A stretch of DNA of 64,000 nucleotides. Source: Dehalococcoidia bacterium. Its GTDB lineage: Bacteria > Chloroflexota > Dehalococcoidia > Lucifugimonadales > UBA3495. Positions 56,747 to 64,000 of this stretch are shown one piece after another. Location of the stretch: positions 529,970-593,969 of the forward strand of contig OZ247427.1 of NCBI GenBank assembly GCA_965232815.1, read 5' to 3'. The notes below the pieces were generated by a model, which worked only from the letters and a program-made list of their open reading frames with translations, was not told the origin of the DNA and made no database searches. Position numbers and translations under genes: made by a program. Positions within the stretch are counted from its first letter, which is position 1. Each line of letters begins with the position of its first letter.

Positions 56747-57696
56747 CAGTCCATCACCATGCCGATGCCCAGTTCCTCGGCTCGCTCCCACACCACCTTG
56801 GCGGCCGCCACGTCGGCCAGTCCGGTGCCCATCAGCTTGCAGTAGACGATCTCGTCGCTGGACGCCCGGCCGGGAATGGTCCCCGCCACCACGTGCCGCA
56901 ACTCGTGGAATTGGCTCCACTGCACCAGGCCCAGATCCACCGCGGCGGAGATGTCGCCGCACTCCAGCGGCGCCTGCTCCATCGAGTCCACAAACCGGCG
57001 GTTCGCCCGTACCAACGTGCTGTCATCCACCTCACGGAACCTGGACAGCGTCGGACCTGCGCCGATAACCGTCGCCCCGTCCGACAGCCACTCGCCCTGC
57101 ACCACCGGCGTCTGCGTGGACGCTATGGCGATCACAACGTCGCAACCGGCCACCGCGTCCTCGTTGCTCGGAGCGGCGGCCACCGGGATCCCAAGGTCTT
57201 CGGTCATCCGCGACGCGAAAGCCTCGCGGTTGTCGGCGTTGCGACTGAACGCCTTGACCTCACTCACTTGTCGAACCAAGCTCAGCGCCCTCAGTTGGTC
57301 GCCGGCCTGGTTTCCCGTACCGATTATCCCGACCGTGGCCGCGCTGTCGTTCGCCAGGTGTTTAACGGCCACGGCCGTCGTGGCCCCGGTCCGCAGCTGG
57401 CCCAACCGGTTCGCCTGGGTGTACAGCAGCAATTCACCGCTGTCGCCATCGTACAGGCTCACCTGGAATGAGTAGCCATTGCGGGTGTTGGTGAAAGTCT
57501 TTACCCCGAAGACGCCGTCGTGCATGATGGCGCCGCCCATGACTGCCAGGTACCCGCCGGGCGTGGCGATCCGGCGGCGCGTCAAATTGGCCGCCTCGCC
57601 GCTGCCATGGTTGTCCATCATCGACTCGATGGCAGGCAGTACGTCTTCCAGGCTAACGCACTCGTTGACCTGTGCATTGGTGAGGAACCGGGCCAT
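56743..57696 (-). CDS. Ornithine cyclodeaminase / mu-crystallin family protein
   Basis: RTGATTAVA, IIGTGNQA, GAGP...EVD, G.GLADVAAA. Confidence 0.88.
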   Translation of the reverse strand: MARFLTNAQVNECVSLEDVLPAIESMMDNHGSGEAANLTRRRIATPGGYLAVMGGAIMHDGVFGVKTFTNTRNGYSFQVSLYDGDSGELLLYTQANRLGQLRTGATTAVAVKHLANDSAATVGIIGTGNQAGDQLRALSLVRQVSEVKAFSRNADNREAFASRMTEDLGIPVAAAPSNEDAVAGCDVVIAIASTQTPVVQGEWLSDGATVIGAGPTLSRFREVDDSTLVRANRRFVDSMEQAPLECGDISAAVDLGLVQWSQFHELRHVVAGTIPGRASSDEIVYCKLMGTGLADVAAAKVVWERAEELGIGMVMDW

Positions 57697-57717
57697 ATCT
57701 GGATTCCTACGGGCTGA

Positions 57718-57960
57718 CTAACGAGAAAAATAGAGACGGTTGGTGCGCACGTACTCGCGCTGGTCGGGCGGCACCGTGAACTCGTCGAAAATCGCGGAAA
57801 CGGGGCAAACCGCCACGCAGTACGCGCAGTCAATGCAGTCGTCCGGGTTGATGTAATACATCGGCGCGTCGTCGTCGGAATGGATGCAGTCCACGGGGCA
57901 AACTTCAACGCAGGAAGCGTCTTTGACACCCTCGCAAGGCTGTGTGATCACGAAAGCCAT
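57718..57960 (-). CDS. Ferredoxin (FdxA-type, 7Fe/8Fe)
   Basis: C-x7-C-x3-CP and C-x2-C-x2-C-x3-CP motifs. Confidence 0.92.
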   Translation of the reverse strand: MAFVITQPCEGVKDASCVEVCPVDCIHSDDDAPMYYINPDDCIDCAYCVAVCPVSAIFDEFTVPPDQREYVRTNRLYFSR

Positions 57961-58265
57961 CAGATTACCTCGACACGGGCAAATAATCGCGGCAATATCT
58001 GGCGCCGGCTCCCCGGCGACGCGACCCGTGGCTGGCCCGTTAATGTGGCGTATTCTGCGGTTTGTCGCGATATTTTGTCAAGGTATACCGCTACCATATC
58101 GCTATTCCCGGCGGCAATACGGTCACCCCGCTTTACGAGCCGGACAGTGGGTTTACCTACAAATCCGCAAATTGCAGCCCCGTTGCATTATCCGTAACTC
58201 TGATATATTATATCGCTTCGATACAGGGATCGGATGACAACTGGGTTGAGCTTGAGGTGGACCCC

Positions 58266-59225
58266 ATGGAACTGCGAGAGATCATCAGCTTTTATCACGT
58301 AGCCCGATTGCGGAGCGTATCCAAAGCGGCTCGTAAGCTGGAACTTGGACAGCCCACCGTTACCACCCACCTGCGAAAACTGGAGGGTGAGTTCGGCATC
58401 ACCCTGTTCGACCGCATAAAGCGCCCCATCCAACTCACCTCCGAAGGCTCCCTGTTCTACGAACTCGTCACACCCATCGTCGAGTCCATCGACACTTTGA
58501 AGACCCAGATGGACTACTCCGAAGGCCGCGGGTCTTTCGTGGTGGGCGCTTACCCTGACATTGTCTCGTACCATCTGCCTCGCCCGATCCGCCAGTTTCG
58601 GTCCAAGTACCCTGACGTACGCATGCGCCTGGTCGCCCGCTCCTACGCCAACCTGATCCAACTGGTCAAATCCGGCGAAGTTGACCTGGCATTGTGCTCC
58701 GCTCCCCCGACCGATGACCCATCTCTTGAATTCTCGGATTTGTTCGATTACAACGTCGTTCTCATCACCGAGCCCAGACATGATTTGCTGCGCCACGACC
58801 CGGTCTCAATGGAGGACATGGCCAAGTTCCCGTTGATTCTGAACAGCCCCGAAAGCCTCAGCCGGCGACGCGTGGAACAAAAACTCCGGGAGCGCAGCGT
58901 CAACTACGATGTCGTCCTCGAGATGGACAACACCGAGATGATCAAGCGCTACGTCGCCATCGGCATGGGCATCGCCATCGTCAGCGATTTCACCTTGCAT
59001 CCGGAGGATCACGACCGCCTGGCCGTGGTTCGCCTGGATCACATCTTCCCGGCGGCCAACATCGGAGTTTGCACCCTGCGTGGTAAATTCCACGGTCGCG
59101 GCGTTCGCAACTTCATCAACACGTTGGCCGATAACCTCTCGGGATTCCACGCCGACCTTTGGGACTGGGACGTCGACCACGGCGGAGAGCCTCGATCCGC
59201 CGAAATCGCCAGCGCCACGCAATAG
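58266..59225 (+). CDS. LysR family transcriptional regulator (CysB/Cbl-like)
   Basis: HTH S.SKAA..L...QP.VT..L..LE.E.G..LF.R; IKRYV..GMGIAIV; GAGGTGG RBS. Confidence 0.92.
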   Translation: MELREIISFYHVARLRSVSKAARKLELGQPTVTTHLRKLEGEFGITLFDRIKRPIQLTSEGSLFYELVTPIVESIDTLKTQMDYSEGRGSFVVGAYPDIVSYHLPRPIRQFRSKYPDVRMRLVARSYANLIQLVKSGEVDLALCSAPPTDDPSLEFSDLFDYNVVLITEPRHDLLRHDPVSMEDMAKFPLILNSPESLSRRRVEQKLRERSVNYDVVLEMDNTEMIKRYVAIGMGIAIVSDFTLHPEDHDRLAVVRLDHIFPAANIGVCTLRGKFHGRGVRNFINTLADNLSGFHADLWDWDVDHGGEPRSAEIASATQ

Positions 59226-59252
59226 GCCGCACCCAACCGGCGCTCTAATTTT

Positions 59253-59277
59253 AGGGGCAGGCTCGTAGCCTGCCCCT
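59253..59277. repeat. REP-like palindrome / bidirectional terminator (variant)
   Basis: AGGGGCAGGCT-cgt-AGCCTGCCCCT between convergent genes; shares the TAGGGGC start with the REP copies. Confidence 0.6.
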
Positions 59278-59288
59278 GTTTCGTTGCG

Positions 59289-60035
59289 TTAGGATATCCG
59301 CCCCAGGAATTCCGAGGCTCCGCGCGCCACCCACGCGTTCCACGACGTCATCAGGAATCGCGCGCCCTTGTCCACGTACGATGCCACGTTGTCGTCGTTC
59401 ACCAACGTGCCCGCCGTTCGACCCGCGTTGACAATGCGCGCGATGGCGTCGTCGATGGCAGCCTGGACTTCCGGATGCCCGACGTTGCCGATGTGCCCCA
59501 TCGTTTGGGAAAGGTCGGTCGGCGCCACGAAGAACACGTCGATGCCGTCCACCTTCAGGATATCGTCCAGGTTGTCCAGGGCCGTTACCTCTTCGATCAG
59601 CACGACCACCATGGTCTGGTCGTTGGCCTTGTGCACGTAGTCCGGCACGCCAAACGATTGCCGGCCGCCGAACATCCCGCGATAGCCCAGCGGGGCAAAC
59701 TTGGCCGCGCCGGCCGCTGCCTCCGCCTCTTCGCGCGTGTTCACGTGCGGCAGCACCACGCCCATGGAGCCCCGGTCCAATGTCCGCGTGATCAGCCCCG
59801 CGTCGTTGGCGTTGCAGCGGGTGATTGACGCCATACCCCAGAGGTCGCAGGCTCGCGTCATGTCGCCCAGCGTCTCCCAGTCCACCGGGCCGTGCTCACA
59901 CTCCATCCAGACCGAATCGAACCCTACCGAGCCCAAAAAGTCGATGATCTCGCTGCTCATCAGGCCGGATATGCAGGTCGTCGGTTCGCCTCGCTGCAAC
60001 TTCTCTTTCGCCGGGTTGGGACGTATTGCTGGCAC
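59289..60035 (-). CDS. HpcH/HpaI aldolase family protein
   Basis: ECEHG, LDRG..GV.LPHV, KFAPLGYRG, LIE, DVFFVAPTDLS. Confidence 0.9.
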   Translation of the reverse strand: MPAIRPNPAKEKLQRGEPTTCISGLMSSEIIDFLGSVGFDSVWMECEHGPVDWETLGDMTRACDLWGMASITRCNANDAGLITRTLDRGSMGVVLPHVNTREEAEAAAGAAKFAPLGYRGMFGGRQSFGVPDYVHKANDQTMVVVLIEEVTALDNLDDILKVDGIDVFFVAPTDLSQTMGHIGNVGHPEVQAAIDDAIARIVNAGRTAGTLVNDDNVASYVDKGARFLMTSWNAWVARGASEFLGRIS

Positions 60036-60105
60036 GTTGCTCCTCCTGTGGATCCCTGTTGTAGATCAATGTCGGGAAATAGTTGCGCGAGTATAACAGC
60101 CGAGG

Positions 60106-60870
60106 CTACGGCTGGCCCTTCACCTCGTATCCCCGCGGCGTGACCATGCGCCCGTTGTGCACGTAGGTGTTGGAGTTGCCGATCACCACCGTGGTGAACA
60201 TATCGACCCCCAACTCTTCGCCGTCCAGCCCGCCCAGGTCCGCCAGCGAAACCGCCTGTTCCGGCCGGAAAGCGTGCCGCACGATCCCGACGGGAGTATC
60301 GGGACTGCGGTGCCCCAGGTAGATCTCCCGGGTCTCCTCCAGTTGGGTGACCCGGCGGCGACTCCGCGGGTTGTACAACACGGTTACAAAGTCCCCGGCC
60401 GCGGCGGCCTCCAGGCGTCGCCGTATCTGCTCCCAGGGCGTGAGCAGGTTGCTCAGACTGATGGCGCAGAAATCCTGCATCAGCGGAGATCCCAGCAGCG
60501 CGGCCGCCGATTGCAGGGCCGAGACGCCCGGCACCGTTTCCACCGCCGGACTCACGCCGTCCCACTGTCGGTCGGTCAGCACGCGAAACACTGGCCCGGC
60601 CATGCCGTAGATTCCCGCATCGCCCGAGGACACCACCGCCACCGTTTTCCCGGCGTACGCGATGTCCACCGCCAGCGCGGCTCGTTCCAGTTCCTGGCCC
60701 AGTTCCATGGAATGGCTGATCTTGCCCGCTGCCTCGCCGGCAACTTGGTCGATGTAGAACCGGTATCCCACCAACTCGTCGCTGTCCGCGATGGCATCCG
60801 CCGCCGCCGGCGTGAGATGACCCGAGTCGCCGGGTCCCAGCCCGACCAGGTAAAGTTTTCCGTTGCTCAT
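60106..60870 (-). CDS. cbiH: Precorrin-3B C17-methyltransferase (CbiH/CobJ)
   Basis: VGLGPG, VSSGDAGIYGMAG, DFCAISLS.LLTPW, LYNPRS, MVTPRGY. Confidence 0.93.
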   Translation of the reverse strand: MSNGKLYLVGLGPGDSGHLTPAAADAIADSDELVGYRFYIDQVAGEAAGKISHSMELGQELERAALAVDIAYAGKTVAVVSSGDAGIYGMAGPVFRVLTDRQWDGVSPAVETVPGVSALQSAAALLGSPLMQDFCAISLSNLLTPWEQIRRRLEAAAAGDFVTVLYNPRSRRRVTQLEETREIYLGHRSPDTPVGIVRHAFRPEQAVSLADLGGLDGEELGVDMFTTVVIGNSNTYVHNGRMVTPRGYEVKGQP

Positions 60871-62015
60871 ATCTTTCCCGATGATTGACTCGAACGATTC
60901 GCGACCCTCGAAACGGCCACGGTCGCCCGGTCCGATTTGGTGCGCGGCACCACCAGCCCATCCGCGCGGGCCGCCAGCATCGCAGCCGGCTCCGATACGC
61001 CGAACACACCGAGCAGGTCTTGCGCGGCGGACGGTGTCGGTTGATTCAGTCCGGCGCCCTCCCCCTGCAACGGTGCGGCCTGCGCACAGCGGTTGTTCAA
61101 CTCGCCGGCGGTATAGACCTCCAGCGTAACGCCCAGCGACTCCGCCAACGCGATGATCCCCGGCTCGTCCGCCTTGATGTCCGCCGTGGCTATCTTGCCC
61201 AGGCTCTGCAGGGTCAACCCGTGCTGCTCCAGTGTGTCTCCGAGGAGCCCGCGCAGGTGCTCCACGTCGACGCCGCGACGGCACCCCACGCCGGCAACCA
61301 GGGTGGGCGGCCTATACGTGATCACGGGATGATTCGCCTCCGACGTCAATATCCGGTCCGAAACGATCAAAGTGGCAGCGTACCCGTCGCCCAGGGCATC
61401 GGTCAGTTTGTCGACGCGCGTGATGCTGTCCGTCATCGCTTGATCATCAGGCCACGCCGCGCCCGTTTCAGCGTCCAGCCACAGGGAAACGGGTTCGCCG
61501 TTCACCACCGCTGCCGCCGCTCTCGTCAGATCAATCGATGTTGCGTCAATCCGCCAGCCTTCCGCTCGGCCCACCAGGTCGATTGCGGTCACGTTCAGGG
61601 CATCGGACGCAGACGTGACCACGGGTTGCGCGCCGATCGCGGCAGCCACTTGCCGGGCCAGATCGTCCCCGCCGCCAACGTGGCCCGACAGCACGCTGAT
61701 GGCGAATCGACCACCGTCGTCCACGCATACCACGGCGGCATCCCGTTTCTTGCCCGCAAACACCGGAGCCAACAGCCGCACGGCTGCGCCTATGGGCAGG
61801 AAAACGATCAGCGCGTCCCGGTTGACAAAGAGGTTCTGAAGCACCGGACGCAACGGCAGGTCGTAGGCCCGCTCATCCGATTCGGCAGCATCGACGAATC
61901 GGCGTTCCAGGTGAAGCTCGGCTTCGGGCAGGCAGGACGCCAATCGTCGGGCCAGTTCGGCGCCGGGTTTGGACACGGCCACTATCGCCGTATTTGGACT
62001 GTAACCGGACGACAT
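60867..62015 (-). CDS. cbiG: Cobalt-precorrin-5A hydrolase
   Basis: GAAVR..AP...K..DAAVVCVD..G.FAISVLSGH.GG, GVGCRRG, GVSEPAA. Confidence 0.92.
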   Translation of the reverse strand: MSSGYSPNTAIVAVSKPGAELARRLASCLPEAELHLERRFVDAAESDERAYDLPLRPVLQNLFVNRDALIVFLPIGAAVRLLAPVFAGKKRDAAVVCVDDGGRFAISVLSGHVGGGDDLARQVAAAIGAQPVVTSASDALNVTAIDLVGRAEGWRIDATSIDLTRAAAAVVNGEPVSLWLDAETGAAWPDDQAMTDSITRVDKLTDALGDGYAATLIVSDRILTSEANHPVITYRPPTLVAGVGCRRGVDVEHLRGLLGDTLEQHGLTLQSLGKIATADIKADEPGIIALAESLGVTLEVYTAGELNNRCAQAAPLQGEGAGLNQPTPSAAQDLLGVFGVSEPAAMLAARADGLVVPRTKSDRATVAVSRVANRSSQSSGKI

Positions 62016-62027
62016 GGCCCGTCGCGG

Positions 62028-62921
62028 CTAGTCGTCGCCGGTGGACGTGTGGGTGGCCGGCTCCGGATGAATCTCGTAGCCGCCGGCGTCGTACAGATCG
62101 GCGCGTTCGGCGTCGGCATGGTCTCCCTGGCCGGCGCGACGGTACAGGTGCGTGTAATCGTCGGAATACAGGTGTGAGACAGCCACTTGTTCATCAGAAT
62201 CCGGGTCCAGCAGATTCGGATCAACGGCTTTGCCCACGATGATCAGCGCCTGCAGGGTGATCTTGGCTTCCCGAACCTTCTCAGCAATGTCCTCCAGGGT
62301 CCCCCGGATGATCTGCTCGTCCGGCCAGCCGACGCGATACGCCACCGCAACCGGGGTATCGGCGGGATATCCGGCCTCCTGCAACTGGTTGGCGATGCGG
62401 AACATCCTCGTCACGCTGAGGAATATCGCCAACGTGCTGTGATGTCGCGCCAGGTCCACCAACGCCTCGCCCTCGGGCATCGCCACGCGGCCCTCGGCCC
62501 GGGTCATGATCACGGTCTGCGACACTTCCGGCACGGTGAGTTCCGCTTTCAGCACGGCGGCAGCGGCAAACACCGCGCTGACACCGGGGATGATCTCGTA
62601 GTCCACCTTCTCCCGTTCCAGGATCCGCATCTGCTCCAGGGTCGCGCCGTACAGCGACGGGTCGCCGCTCTGGATCCGCGCGACCGTCTTGCCTTCGCTC
62701 ACCGCGCGCAGCGTGACCTCCATGATTTCCGGCAGGGCCATTTCCTTGCTGCCGTAAACGTCAGCGCCCGGCTTGGCGAACCCCGCTATCTCGGCCGGGA
62801 CCAGCGAGTCCGCGTAGATGATCACATCAGCGTCGTCAATGATCCGCTTGGCCTTCAGCGTGAGCAGTTCGGGATCGCCGGGGCCCGCCCCGATGATGTA
62901 CACCTTTCCATTGTTGTCCAT
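62028..62921 (-). CDS. cbiF: Precorrin-4 C11-methyltransferase (CbiF/CobM)
   Basis: GAGPGDPELLT, YADSLV, SGDPSLYGA..EQ, ELTVPEVSQTVI, SHLY. Confidence 0.93.
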   Translation of the reverse strand: MDNNGKVYIIGAGPGDPELLTLKAKRIIDDADVIIYADSLVPAEIAGFAKPGADVYGSKEMALPEIMEVTLRAVSEGKTVARIQSGDPSLYGATLEQMRILEREKVDYEIIPGVSAVFAAAAVLKAELTVPEVSQTVIMTRAEGRVAMPEGEALVDLARHHSTLAIFLSVTRMFRIANQLQEAGYPADTPVAVAYRVGWPDEQIIRGTLEDIAEKVREAKITLQALIIVGKAVDPNLLDPDSDEQVAVSHLYSDDYTHLYRRAGQGDHADAERADLYDAGGYEIHPEPATHTSTGDD

Positions 62922-62950
62922 GTGGTGTTCCTCCGGGGCGCTCTCACCGG

Positions 62951-63667
62951 CTACCGCCGGATGATGAGCAGCGAAAAGTAATCGAGATCTTCAGCCGATA
63001 GTTCCTGTATGTCGCGCACCACCCTCTCGCGCTCGGTGGTGGCCCGGCGCACGTAGATCGTGCGGCCCGCCAGGCCCAGCCGCTCCAGGTTCGCCAGCGC
63101 GTCCAGCAGGGTGCGGTTCACCTTCATCAGCACGATGGTGTCGTAGAGTGCGATGGCCTCCCGCAGGTCGTCAATGCCGTACACCGCCGGCAGGATCGCC
63201 AGCCTCTGGCCGTGATGCACCAGCGGCGCCGCCGCGGATGCCGCCGCCGCCATCACCGAGGAGACCCCTGGGATCACCTCAACCGGCAGGTGCGGGTACT
63301 CATCCTGGATGGTTTCCAGCACGTAGGCGAAGGTGCTGTACAGCATCGGGTCGCCTTCGGTGATGAAGGCCACGTCCTTGCCTGCTTCCAGGTGCACGGC
63401 CAGATCCCGCGCCGCGTTCCGCCAAACGTCGCCGGCTGCGTCTTCGTCGTTGGTGGGGAATTTTGCCCGCACCACGTCCTGCTTTGCCTCGTCGATCAGG
63501 TGCTTGACGATGCTGTAGGCATAACTCTCACGGCTCACGCCGGCCTGCGGCACCCAGATCACCGGAACGGACTGCAACACGCGCTGCGCCTTGACGGTCA
63601 GCAACTCGGGATCACCGGGGCCAACCCCTACGCCATAAAGTCGCCCGTGGTTGGAGGCTGTCGTCAT
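62951..63667 (-). CDS. cbiL: Precorrin-2 C20-methyltransferase (CbiL/CobI)
   Basis: GVGVGPGDPELLTVKA, FITEGDPMLYSTF, YFSLLI; ATG overlaps the upstream stop. Confidence 0.92.
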   Translation of the reverse strand: MTTASNHGRLYGVGVGPGDPELLTVKAQRVLQSVPVIWVPQAGVSRESYAYSIVKHLIDEAKQDVVRAKFPTNDEDAAGDVWRNAARDLAVHLEAGKDVAFITEGDPMLYSTFAYVLETIQDEYPHLPVEVIPGVSSVMAAAASAAAPLVHHGQRLAILPAVYGIDDLREAIALYDTIVLMKVNRTLLDALANLERLGLAGRTIYVRRATTERERVVRDIQELSAEDLDYFSLLIIRR

Positions 63668-64000
63668 TTCTGCCCCCACACTATAAAAACCGGGTTCATG
63701 GCTTCCAGCCGCAGGGTTTCGTCCGGCAGTTCGCGTCCTCTCGACGCGGCCACCATGGTCATCTGGGGTGCGAGAGACATTTGCTTCATCGTTTTGTACG
63801 TGTCGTTGGCCCGTTCCATCGCCGCGAAATTCGCTACCACCCGGCCTCCGGGGGACAATCTGCCCACCACCTCGTCGATGATCCTGGGCATGGCAGCTCC
63901 GCCGCCGCCTATGAACACCGAGTCTGGATCCGGCAGGTCCTCCAATACGTCGGGCGCGGCGCCTATGATGACCGTTACCCGATCGTCGCCGTAGCGCGCC
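63664..64000 (-). CDS. Precorrin-6Y C15-methyltransferase (CbiT or CbiET/CobL), C-terminal part
   Basis: GAAP..L..LPDPDSVFIGGG, L.PGGRVVAN, A.NPVFI; runs off the window. Confidence 0.88.
   Translation of the reverse strand, partial: ARYGDDRVTVIIGAAPDVLEDLPDPDSVFIGGGGAAMPRIIDEVVGRLSPGGRVVANFAAMERANDTYKTMKQMSLAPQMTMVAASRGRELPDETLRLEAMNPVFIVWGQK

Overview
High-GC bacterial chromosome window. The gene mix (LLM monooxygenase, MmgE/PrpD and VOC paralogues, DUF1800, NHL propeller, T-box and PyrR attenuation, RND pump without TolC) suggests Chloroflexota/Dehalococcoidia, possibly SAR202-like; this is inference. Mostly housekeeping and metabolic genes: 3' end of class II RNR (nrdJ), pdxA-proC-yggT-kinase-pepA, a Glu/Leu dehydrogenase, sucCD, a Trp T-box-controlled trpE-VOC-trpG unit, lhgO, a hotdog pair with plsX-fabG, a PyrR-attenuated pyrRBC-carA-orf-carB operon, and part of a cobalamin (cbi) operon. 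Items most worth follow-up: (1) an unannotated cassette after nrdJ with a candidate three-hairpin sRNA divergent from a 39-aa basic peptide gene; (2) two paralogous MFS genes that appear to start at AUA/AUU; (3) a small protein + retropepsin-like protease module with toxin-antitoxin-like layout; (4) an RND adaptor lengthened by regular 32/33-aa repeats; (5) a HicB made of two tandem domains; (6) a vapC with a 1-nt frameshift; (7) dispersed GTAG-type REP palindromes, one of which supplies a stop codon. No CRISPR array, rRNA, tRNA, integrase or transposase was seen. All family calls come from motif recognition by eye, without database searches.
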